Shown here piece after piece: positions 48,201-59,241 of a DNA stretch of 64,000 nucleotides. Below the pieces are notes generated by a model. It was not told the origin of the DNA. It was given only the letters and a program-made list of their open reading frames with translations, and made no database searches. The translations under genes were made by a program, and so were the position numbers. Source of the stretch: an uncultured Acidobacteriota bacterium (GTDB taxonomy: Bacteria; Acidobacteriota; Polarisedimenticolia; J045); contig CAVPCQ010000039.1 of the NCBI GenBank assembly GCA_963702425.1, forward strand, positions 32,001 to 96,000, given 5' to 3'. Positions within the stretch are counted from its first letter, which is position 1; each line of letters starts with the position of its first letter.

Positions 48201-51200
48201 GGCTCTGCAGGGATTCACGTCTACGCGTGGACGGACGCACCCGTCGGTGGGTCGGCCGCCTCGCTGGTGCGCCGGCTGGACTTCGGCAGCGAGCCCAGGA
48301 CGGTCGAGGTGGAGTTCGACGCCGATCAGCAGGTGCGCGGGGTGTTCGAGCTGCCGGACGGCACGCGGCATGAGCGACGGCGCTTCCGCTGGGCGCCCGG
48401 CGGCCATGGACGCTCGGCGCTGAGCCGCACTTGGAGCGACGCGGGGCAATTGGTGGCGGAGACGCGCTTGATACAGGACCTCGACGATCCGTCGCGCGGG
48501 CTGCCCCTGGCCGGGGCGGCGTGGCGAGGGACCGACCTGGAGCTGGTCGCGGCCGCCGACTCGGGAGCGTGGCGGACGGAACTGAGCGGCCGGCGCTTTG
48601 CAGACCGGGACGAGCTGCGTCCGGCACTGCGGGTCGTGGACGGATTCCCGGCCGCGCCCACGCTGCAGCTCGGCGGTTTGCGCACGCGGTCCGGCCTGCG
48701 CCTTCCCGAGCCGGTCGAGTTGAGCCGCGGACTGGTCGCGGACGACCTGCCGACGGCCGAGATGGCGCGCGTGCGCGCGGCGCTGCCCGAGCCGTCGTTC
48801 CTCGAGGACGAGTGGGGGCTTCCCGCCGCCAGCGCGCCGGTGGCGAAGACCCAGCGAGCTGTGGACCCGGGCTGTCAGGTCGTCGGGGGCGCCGTCTCGA
48901 TCAAGTGCGGCCAGGCCCGCTACATGGAGGGCGGCGCCATGTATGAATCGGGCTGCCGCCCCGCCGAGCCCGCTTGCCGGAGCGGTGGTGGGGGTGAAGC
49001 GGCGGGCTCCGGATCGGGCTACGCGTCGCATCCGCGGGAGCCGATCCGCAACGCTGACACGCACCCGCTCGGCGTGACGCTCTCGAACGGGGAGTTCCTG
49101 CTGACGGTCACCGACCTCGTCCTCCCCGGTCACGGCCTCGATCTCTCGTTGTCCCGGACGTATCGGAGTCAGTCCTATGAGGTGGGCGTCCTCGGGACGG
49201 GGTGGTCGGTTCCTACGTGGATGAGCGCCTGTGGGGGGCGCCCGGCGCGGGGCAACTGCACTTGGCAAACGGCGCGATCGTGGATCTCAGGGTGCCCGAA
49301 CGAGGCGACTTCGTGAAGTTCGACCTGGGCGTCCTGCGCCGGATCGATGCGCAGACGGCGGAATGGCGCGCCCTCGACGGCACGGTGATGCAGCTCTACG
49401 ATCCGGCTGGTAAGGACAACGGGCTCTTCGACGGACGCGTCACGCGCGTCACGCGTCCGGGGGCGACGCCGATCTCCATCGCATGGGCTGCCGCGAAGCC
49501 GGCCTGTGCTCCCGCTGGCTCGGTATTACAAGGCGCGAAAGTACCGACGGTCAGCCTGTGGAGCTGCGACAACGATCCGACCACCAACCCTCTCGGAGCC
49601 GCCACCTGCGCTCCGACCGAGATCGGGCGCCTGACCTTTGAAGAAGCCGAATGCGGCCCGCAACTGACGCACCGCATCCAGTCGGCCCTGGCCACGCAGT
49701 GGGACGGCGCGACCCAGCGCCAGCGCCGGGTGCGGTTCGAACATGGAACGGTGCCCGAAGAAAACGGAGTGGCGTCCGGCCTGCCCGAACGGGTGTGGTT
49801 CGCCGAGGTGGGAGGGTCCGCCGAGGCGCCGTGGCGCACTACACCTACACCTACAACAACGGGCAGCGGGATCTGACGAAGTGCGCGACGGCGCGGACGC
49901 CCTGATCAGCAGCTCCTCGATACGAGCCCCTGGGATGGCTTCGCGCAAGCCGACCGCGTGTCCGAGATCCGCACCCCCGACGCGAATGGGGACGGCACCG
50001 TGGAGTCAACGACCTTCAGCTACGAGTATCAAACGATCGAGGGGGCGTCCGATGCCGTCAAGCGCGTGACCGTGCACTCCGGCGGGCGCGTTTCGATCCA
50101 CGAGTACGACGACTTAGGCCACATGACTCGGTCACGCGGCCCGATGGGTCCGTGATGCGCTTGGAGTACGACCACTCGGCCGAATGAACAGGGCGATCTA
50201 CCCCTCCGGCAAGGAGCAGCGCTGGGTCTACGGCGCGGATCAGTGGGGACTACACCTCGAACACCCGATCAAGTTCGGCGAAATCGCGTCGCCTTCGCTG
50301 GTTGGCGGGACGGAGCAGTGGACCTGCTACGAGATCGATCCCGTGACGAACGAGGTCTGGCGGACGCTGGCTCCGAGCGGGGTGACGGGTGGAGAGACGG
50401 ACGGCTGTCTCATGAAGAGCGGAAGCGTTCTCAAGTCCCAGGCAACGGAGACGCTCTTCGGCTGGATGAAGGCCGCGCCCGGTGCGGACGCGGCGCTGGC
50501 GGCCTATTTCACGCGCTGGGGGATCACGCCCGGCCGGAGGCGTACGCCGGGACCGGGAGCGCGAAGGCCGCGTGGCCGTGGCTGGCGAAGGTCAGGAGAC
50601 AGGGCCGGGGCGCGAAGCAGGTCGTCGATTCGACGGGGGCGCTGGTGACGCAGAGCCCGCTGCAGCGGCCGGTTACGCGCTATACCTACAGAGTGCAGGG
50701 CTGGCTGACCCAGATCGATCATCCCGACACCGAGCCCGGCGATCTCGGGAAGGGTGTGACGCGCGAACGCTTCACCTACTAGGCTCCGAACGAGCTGGGC
50801 GCGCTGGACAGGACGGAAGCGGAAGAGCGTGGGCCGGTTGGCCTCGCACATGTAGACGATCAGGCGGCTGGACAGACTATGTCGAGCGCACGCACGAGGG
50901 AACGACCTACGACCGCTGGGGACAGCCGACGCAGGAGGCGCGGCTGCTGGACGGGAGAGGCAGCAGGGAGCGTTGGGTGGTGAACGAGACGAAGCGAGAT
51001 TTCCGAGGCTGGACGAAGAGCGAGAGTCAGATGCCGCGCAGCGAGAGAGGCCCTAGACGAACGTCGAATACCACCACGATGCGGCGGGCCGCGTGATCAG
51101 AAGCGGATCGACAAGACGAGCGACCGCGACGAGAACACGCATCTACGCCCTCGTGGAATACACCTACGGGGCGTCGGGCCTGCTGACGAGCGAGAGGAGT

Positions 51201-54096
51201 TGGGAGACGGCAAGCGCGGATGCGGCCGTGGACGGGGTCGGGTGTCTCGACCGAGCGCCGCTTCGCGCACGATGCCTTCGGCCACGTGGTCCAAGAAGAG
51301 ACACGTCTCGTGTCGAGGAAGTGGAAGATCGATGGAGTCTTTTTTGACGAGCTCGATCGACCGCAGCGGCAGGAGGCCTACGCTGTGGCCTGGAACGGGG
51401 CAGATCCTCCTCCTCCGCCGGACGACGACGACCCCCCGCTCCCCGGTGACTACGTGGTGCACGAGTTCTGGTACAACGCGACGACCGGCCTGCTGGACTG
51501 GGAGCAAGTACGCGCCGAAGCGAGCAGCGACAAGGTCATTTCGACGATGTACCGAGACGACGATGGCCACGAGCGGATACGGGATGAGCGAGCCTGCCGC
51601 GTGCCTGGCATCGTCGGCGGACTGCCGACATGCGCCAACGGCAACTGGCTGCGCCAGACGCTGCTGACGTACGACGTGGAGGATCGCGTGACGCTGCGCA
51701 AGGTGCTCGGCACGCCGGACAGCGAGTCGACGATCCTGTCCTGGGACGAGACCCTCTACGACACGCGGGGCCGGGCCTACGAGAGCCGGACGCGGTGGAG
51801 CAAGACCGGCCCGACGATCCCGACCAGCTGCACGGACGGCGCGGTCTGCGAGGTGCTGGCAAGCCGGGTGGGCTACGACGTGCGCGATCGCGCGGTGGTT
51901 CCGCCGCACCTGGACTGACGGACACGACCTGGCGGATCACGAAGACGAGTTCGACGGGCTGGGCCGCCGGCGCCAGGTCACCGATCCGCTCGGGAACGTC
52001 ACGACGCTGGTGCGCAACGCGGCCGGCCTGGCGACGGCGAAGACGGAGCAGGAGGTCTCGGACCTGGGCGGGCTGGGGACGAAGACCTGGGTGACGGAGT
52101 TCGGGTTCGACGCCCTGGGCCGGGCGGTGGAGGTGCGGCTGAAGGGCAAGCTGGACGCCGACCCGCAGCGGATCGTCAAGCGCACGCTCGACGCGCGGGG
52201 CCAGACGACGGCGCAGTGGACGCCACTCGGGTCCGCGGCTGCGGGTGACGCCTACAGCACGAAGACGGTCTACGACGGGCTCGGCCGCAAGACGGAGGAG
52301 TGGCGCCACGTCGGAGCGGCTCAGAGCTGGAGCGGGGCCTGGCAGAAGGTCTGTACGGCTTCGACGACGCCGGTCGGATGACGACGCTGACGGTCGCGAA
52401 CACGGCCTCCGGGACGGGGCTCCAGAACCAGGTCACGCAACTGGAGTACGACGCCCAGGGCCGGCGGACCAAGCGCTGCCTGCCGGACTTCCGGCAGGAG
52501 GTGAGCGCGTACCTGTCGAGCGGGCAGCTGAACACGCTGACGGTCACGAGCGCCGGGACGAATTGCAGCGCGCCCGGGACCAAGCAGATCGTGCAGACGT
52601 CGACCTGGGACGACGCGGGGCGCCGCACGCAACTGACGCTGACGACGCCGACGGCGGACGCCGCGCACTACGGCGGGACGAAGAAGCAGACCTGGATCTG
52701 GGACGCGCTGGACCGGCTGGAGAAGAGCACGGACGAGAACGCGGACGGCAGCGAGAACGCGGACGACGACGCGATCGTGCGCAAGAAGTACGACAGCCTG
52801 GGCCGGCCGGTGGAAGAGGGCTTCGGGGAGTCGTCGGGCGCGGCGCGCTGGAAGGTGCTCTCGGCGTACGACCGGCGCGGGGCGCGGATCTCGCTGAAGT
52901 ACCCCGCCGCGAACGGGACCGTCGGCACGACGCTGACGCTGGCCGCGGACACTCTCGGTCGAATGACCGGAATCACGGAGGGCGCGACGATCGTCGCGAC
53001 GCTGACCTACGTCGGGGCCGGCCGGCTGGCGAAGATCGACTCGCAGGACGACTCGGTTTGGCAGGGTCTGGACTGGGACGCGGCGGGCCGGCGGACGCGC
53101 GGCAAGGTGACGGAGGGCGCGACGTCCGCTTCGAGGAGGAGATCGCCTTCGACGCCGACGAACGGGTGCTGTCGGTCAAGTGGCCGCACCTGGTGAGCAG
53201 CGGCCGGCCGCAGGTCCAGCAATACGGCTACGACGAGCAGGCCCGGCTGCTGAAGCTGGAGCAGGGGTACGCCGAACCGAGCGGGAGAAGCTGGACCTTC
53301 CCGGTGGGCTACTCGGCCTTCCACGACTTCCATCTCGACGAGCAGGGCAACTGGGCCGAACATAAGGACGGCGCGGGGACGACGCTGGTGAGCCCGACGA
53401 TCGCCAAGGACAACGCGTACACGGCCTGGCCGGTCTCGGGCGGGTCGACGCTGAGCTTCGTGCTGGACGACACGGGGAGGTTCGTGTACGAGCGGCCGGT
53501 AGCGGGGGGCGGGAAGTACCTCTACCAGCACGACGGCCTCGGCCGCCTGATCTCGGCGCAGCGGATCAGCGTGCCGGGCAAGGCCGACCTGACGACGACC
53601 TACGGTTACACCGCGGACGGCCGGCTGGCCTGGCGCAAGGAGGGCGCGGCGGCGCGGGAGTGGCTGATCTACGACGGGTCGCAGGCGGTGGTGCAGACGA
53701 CCGACACCGCGCTGAGCTGGACCCACGTCTGGGCCGGAAGCCGGCTGGTGCGCTCGACGAAGCACCCGGCCGGACGGTCTACCAGCCGCACCAGGACCGG
53801 CTGGGCTCGATCGTGGTGTTGACGCGCAGCGGCGGCCCGGAACGGGCGCTCTACGACGCCTACGGCCGGCTGGTGGCGACGTTCTAGACGATCACGAACG
53901 ACACATTCGCGATCCCCTACGGCTACGCCGGCGCGCGCTGGGAGGCGACGCGGGACTGTACGAGATGGGGGCGCGCTGGTACGACCCGGAGCTGGGGAGA
54001 TTCATCGAGCAGGACCCGATCGGCGAGGCCGGCGGCCTGAACCTCTACGCCTACGTCGGGTCGAGCCCGACGCTGTGGGTCGATCCGACGGGGCTG
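45294..54096 (+). CDS. Giant RHS/YD-repeat polymorphic toxin, many frameshifts from ~47.8 kb onward (errors or pseudogenisation)
   Basis: Signal-like ATLAVLFVAAVGHGWSQE; DUF6531-like VQTASGRFGFRVTDLSLPSRVPLTVGRVYD; many YD/WD..GRL repeats; second DUF6531-like at ~49040-49210; core ARWYDPELGRFIEQDPIGEAGGLNLYAYVGSSPTLWVDPTGL ending 54096. Confidence 0.85.
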
Positions 54097-54099
54097 GCG
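52040..54099 (+). repeat. RHS 3' core repeat copy A (homologous to 55535-57588, 59242-60242, 61972-63440, 63734-63846)
   Basis: Long near-identical stretches, e.g. AAGACGGAGCAGGAGGTCTCGGACC and GACCCGATCGGCGAGGCCGGCGGCCTGAACCTCTACGCCTACGTCGGG. Confidence 0.92.
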
Positions 54100-54975
54100 C
54101 GAGACCTAACAGAGTGAAGGTTAGCGTTTAAGCAGAGCTGATTATGGCGATACGCTCAGCAGAAGGAGAAGAAGATAAAAAAGGAGACAGAGTTACGTAC
54201 ATGCGAATGTAAAAAAAAAAAGAAGAGGATGGTTAGATGACGGTGCATAGAGAGGTAAAAAGGTAAGCGGATGAGCATAAGAGTAACTCGAGAAGAGGGT
54301 TAAAAGGTGGTTACAAAGATGAGGTAAAGCTAGAGGATAGAAGGTGAAGGAAGGTGTTAGGTAGATGATTTAGAGTTAGAGAAGGATGAGAAAGGGAAGG
54401 AAAGTAGATATAGTAGGTGGTTGAGAGACTGATAGAGCTTTTGTAGAGCTAGAAGGTAAGGGAGACTATGGATTTATAAGGTGAATAGGGCACTAAGATA
54501 ATAGTTAGGATGGGAGATTTGAAGTCATTAATAGTACAAAAAGACTGTAGAGTTCACTGTAGGTGGTTTAGTAGGTAAGATGTAGATAGAGGCGCAGTAA
54601 GAGTAGCTTGCACAACTGGACAGAGACGTAGCGGTAAGGGTTTAGGGTTATAGGTTTGCAGAAAAGTGGAGTAGGTGTAGGGAGTTTTAGATAACGATAG
54701 AAGAGAGTGCATAGGGGGTTAGGACAAAATTGTTGTATTGTTGTGTTAAGATATCGCGCAAGAGATTGGGTATGTTGATAAGGTTCTCGCGATAAAGTGT
54801 AATAAGAGCAAGATGTGGTAGAGGCTGACAAGGTAAAAGGGAAGAAAGAGTATGAGTAAGATGTAGTAGAGCAGTATGAGAGTAGCTAATAGAAGGTGGC
54901 GCTTAGAGAACTCGGAATATAGAAGTAGGGTTATGAGGGAGTTAAGATGTGGATAAAGGTTATTATAATTCTAGT
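54097..54975 (+). other. Cytosine-depleted, A/G-rich non-coding tract in the toxin-tip position
   Basis: Starts directly after DPTGL; 54361-54420 contains no C; no plus-strand ORF of 60 aa or more before 54947; poly-A at ~54211. Confidence 0.85.
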
Positions 54976-55473
54976 TGTTTGTACGCTCTTCACTGGAGCG
55001 TCCGAGGGCGGTCAGCGACAGCTACCGCTGTCGCGCCTGCCGGAGGTGAGCCTCAAGTTTGACCGGATCTCCAAGATGAGCCGGCCAGAAGCAGATGAGA
55101 AGATTCGACAAGAACTTGCTGCGCGACTCGTAGCGGCCGGCGTGACGATCTCGGAGGAATCACATCAACATCTCGATTTCCGTGTCACGGAGACCGCCGT
55201 GCCTGGATGCTCGGAAATCGTACATCTCCGGCTTGAGGTCTGGCTTTGGGAGTCTGTCCTGCTGCCGCGACTGAACAGCGTCAAGTACGTAGTCGATACG
55301 TGAGCGCAACAGAGGACGAGTTCGTCTGCGCATCCGAGGTCGAGACAGAGTCTAGGAGTCGCCTCCTCTTCTTCGCGGATCGACACGTGATGACCGAGCT
55401 GGCGGCAATGCGAGAGATCGAGACGGAGAAGGGGACACCGACGAAGGCGCCTGTCCCCGCGGGTTCGAAGTAG
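54947..55473 (+). CDS. Putative exported immunity protein 1 (one-base frameshift near 55302)
   Basis: Signal-like MWIKVIIILVVCTLFTGASEG; adding one G (TG to TGG) joins VVDT to WSATEDEF...GSK stop; lies right after the tip slot. Confidence 0.55.
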
Positions 55474-55534
55474 CGACACGTGGTGTAGAAGCGTCACGAT
55501 CCAGGAACAACGTGTCACGACGCCACAGCTGCCC

Positions 55535-58487
55535 AAGACGGAGCAGGAGGTCTCGGACCCGGGCGGGCTGGGGACGAAGACCTGGGTGACGGAGTTCGGG
55601 TTCGATGCCTGGGCCGGGCGGTGGAAGTGCGGCTGAAGGGCAAGCAGGACGCCGACCCGCAGCGGATCGTCAAGCGCACGCTCGACGCGCGGGGCCTGAC
55701 GACGGCGCAGTGGACGCCGCTCGGGTCCGCGGCTGCGGGCGACGCCTACAGCACGAAGACGGTCTACGACGGGCTCGGCCGCAAGACGGAGGAGTAGCGC
55801 TACGTCGGAGCGACTCAGAGCTGGAGCGGAAACTGGCAGAAGGTGCTGTACGACTACGACGACGCGGGCCGGATGACGACGCTGACGGTCCCGAACACGG
55901 CTCGGGGGCGGGGCTCGAGAACCAGGTCACGCAGCTGGAGTACGACGCCCAGGGCCGGCGGACGAAGCGCTGCCTGCCGGACTTCCGGCAGGAGGTCAGC
56001 GCGTACCTGTCGAGCGGGCAATTGAGCACGCTGACGGTCACGAGCGCCGGGACGAGCTGCAGCGCGCCCGGGGCCAAGCAGATCGTGCAGACTTCCAGTT
56101 GGGACGACGCGGGGCGGCGGACGCAACTGACGCTGACGACGCCGACGGCGGACGCCGCGCACTACGGCGGGACGAAGAAGCAGACCTGGTCCTGGGACGC
56201 GCTGGACCGCTTGGAGAAGAGCACGGACGAGAACGCGGACGGCAGCGCGAACGCGGACGACGATGCGATCGTGCGGATGATGTACGACAGCCTGGGCCGT
56301 CCGCTGGAGGAGGGCTTCGGGAACTTGTCCGGCGCGGCGCGCTGGAAGGTGCTCTCGGCCTACGATCGGCGCGGAGTCCGTACGTCGCTGAAGTACCTCG
56401 CCGCGAACGGAACGTCGGCACCACGCTGGCGCTGGCCGCGGACATGTTCGGCCGGATGACCGGGATCACGGAGGGCGCGACCAGCGTCGCGACGCTGACC
56501 TACGTCGGGGCCGGCCGGCTGGCGCGGATCGTCTCGCAGGACGGTTCGGTCTGGCAGGGTCTGGACTGGGACGAGGCCGGGCGGCGGACGCGCGGCCAGG
56601 TGACGGAGGGTGCGGCGGTCCGCTTCGAAGAGGAGATCGCCTTCGACGCCGACGACCGGGTGCTGTCGGTCAAGTGGCCGCACCTGGTGAGCAGCAGCCG
56701 GCCGCAGGTCCAGCAATTCGGCTACGACGAGCAGGCCCGGCTGCTGAAGGTGGAGCAGGGCTACGGGACCTGGGATGGGACGACGTGGACCTTCACGGAG
56801 TACTCGGCCTTCCACGACTTCCATCTCGACGAGCAGGGCAACTGGGCCGAACATAAGGATGGCGCGGGGACGACGCTGGTGAGCTCGACGATCGCCAAGG
56901 ACAACGCGTACACGGCCTGGCCGGTTTCGGGGGGTCGACGCTGAGCTTCGTGCTGGACGACACGGGGAGGTTCGTGTACGAGCGCCCGGTAACCGGGGGT
57001 GGGGAGTACCTCTACTAGCACGACGGCCTCGGGTCGCCTGGTTCGGCGCAGCGGATCAGCGTACCGGGCAAGACCGACCTGACGACGACCTACGGCTACA
57101 CCGCGGACAGCCGGCTGGCTTGGCGCAAGGAGGGCGCGGCAGCGCGTGAGTGGCTGATCTACGACGGGTCGCAGGCGGTGGTGCAGACGACCGACACCGC
57201 GCTGACCTGGACCCACGTCTGGGCCGGAAGCCGGCTGGTGCGGTCGACGAAGAATAGGGCTCGGGACGGTCTACATCCGCACCAGGACCGGCTGGGCTCG
57301 ATCGTGGTGGTGACGCGCAGCGGCGGCCCAGACCGCGCACTCTACGACCCCTACGGCCGGCTGGTGGCGGCCTTCTCGACAATCACGAACGACACTTCGC
57401 GGTTCCCTACGGCTACGCCGGCGCGCGCTGGGAGGCGACGGCGGGGCTGTACCAGATGGGGGCGCGCTGGTACGACGCAGCTGGGACGGTTCCTCGAGCA
57501 GGACCCGATCGGCGAGGCCGGCGGCCTGAACCTCTACGCCTACGTCGGGTCGAGCTCGACGCTGTGGGTCGATCCGACGGGGCTGGCGAGGGAGAGTGCT
57601 ACAACGTGGGAACCGCTGGCGGCGGCTCTGGAAACCGCATGACGCAGATGAACTGGTCCTTCAGCGGCGGGTCCACCAGCGATTGTCTGACCGGCGGCTC
57701 GGGCGGATGGATCGACGCTGCCTTTGGGCGCCAAGATGACTACTAGGGTCCATCGAAGGACGAGCCTGGGTACCGCCTGACGACGCCGGCGCAGCGGCGG
57801 GCGGCCAAGAGGGCGGCGGAGAGCGCGACCGCGACCGCAGCCGCTGGCCAGTTCCCCGACAGCTTCGAAGCGATCATCGGATCATTCGAGAGGTTGGGAG
57901 CAGCGTCACCTGCGGGCATTCCTCTCCAATGCCACGACATGTATGCGAACTCGAGTACGGCCGATCGCCTGGCGCGGAAGTTCGCTGGAATCCGGCCACC
58001 AGTTCCTGTGCATATCGGGGACGACGTGAGTCATACGACCTTCGAGGAGACCCCGAGGGCCACGCGGCGCGTCCCAGTTCAGCACCGGTCGGGATGATCT
58101 GGATACGATCTCAGTCTACCGATGAGCAGGAGTGCCTCGACCTGGTGGAGGAGATGTGGCACGCGGTGGATGAGGCGAGTGTTGGCCATGTTGACCTGCC
58201 GGGATGAGCGAAACCGAATACAAGCAAGCGAAGCGCGACAGAGAGGCCGATGCAGCAATCGCGTGATCACCGTAAAGCAAGAGTTGATGCGCGCGAACTT
58301 CCCGAGGGCTCGCGGACTTCGTGTGCCTCTTGAGGCCTCGTACCTTTCGATGATTCGCGCTGGCCTGTCCGCACAATCGCTTCGTCAGCATATTGGGGAC
58401 CTCAAAGGAAAACTAGTCTTGCAGAATGGACTCACATACGAACAGAACTGGGAAACGGCGTGGCGGTCCGCTCAGCACGGGAGGTAG
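55535..58487 (+). pseudogene. Orphan RHS cassette 2 (core plus toxin tip with EExxH motif), frameshifted
   Basis: No start/RBS; ~2 kb copy of the core to DPTGL (~57585); tip reads across frames to LVEEMWHAVD and ends AWRSAQHGR stop. Confidence 0.8.
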
Positions 58488-58489
58488 TC

Positions 58490-59200
58490 ATGCGCGGTTG
58501 GGTCCTGCAAACTGCTTCGGCTACTGTCGTCATGGCTCTGATGTGCAGCCTCATACATTCTGACGCTGACCGAACGGTCGAACTCGACGCGATGCGGCGC
58601 TTGCCTAGCATCACGCTTGCCGCCAGCCAGCCCGACCGCTCAGTGGCTCGGGCGGTGTCGGACATTCCGGACTCCGGCGACACTCCTGTCGCGTTGGGGT
58701 GCCGGCTTTTCTGGCTTTGTCCTGTGTGGAGGGTCGCCGATCGAGGGTGGGCTCTGGGCCGAGACGCCGCCCAACACACTCACTCCAATCTCACGGGGAA
58801 CTGAACTGGTCGAGGTCTTCCGCTCCCACGTGGAGTGCTTAGCGATGCCGTCCAGGCTCTCGAGTATGGAAAGCTCTACGCGCTCGTCGAGAGCACGGCG
58901 CGAAATGTGCAGGTGATCGACCGAGAGCCCTCGCGGGGACCGGGTCCCAGGGGCCACTCGTCGCCGAACTGATTGGAGCACTAAGTCCCCACGGTGCGTC
59001 CAGTATTCGAGAACCGATCGTTGCGGGAATCGGCCCGTGGACGGTGACCCTTTACGTTCGAGGAGATGGATCGAATCGACAGAGACGTGTGCGCATAGCA
59101 GCGACAGGAGCGGTTGATTCGATCGAGAGGACTGAAGCTCGAAGTCGCGGACGATCAAGGGAGTCGCGATGCTGTGAAGCAGAGATCGGAAGTTCGCTGG
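58490..59200 (+). CDS. Putative exported immunity protein 2 (frameshifted, end uncertain)
   Basis: GGGAGG RBS, ATG 2 nt after the tip stop, signal-like MRGWVLQTASATVVMALMCSLIHSDA; lower GC. Confidence 0.45.
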
Positions 59201-59241
59201 TCGGCGAGGGCACGGTGGGGTGTGTTGGCGGAATCACGCAG

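Noticed and set aside
33075-49268. Very long ORFs such as 33075-36083, 38218-41688 and 45717-49268 on the minus strand
   Set aside because: Arg/Pro/Ala-rich shadow ORFs overlapping well-supported genes; expected at this GC content.
55301-55303. TGA in immunity gene 1 as selenocysteine
   Set aside because: The plausible continuation is in another frame; one missing G (TGG, Trp) explains it, and I saw no SECIS-like hairpin.
53885-57746. Amber recoding suggested by several in-frame TAG codons in RHS copies
   Set aside because: Paralogous positions are TCG, TGG and CAG/AAG (different residues), and many normal genes here end in TAG.
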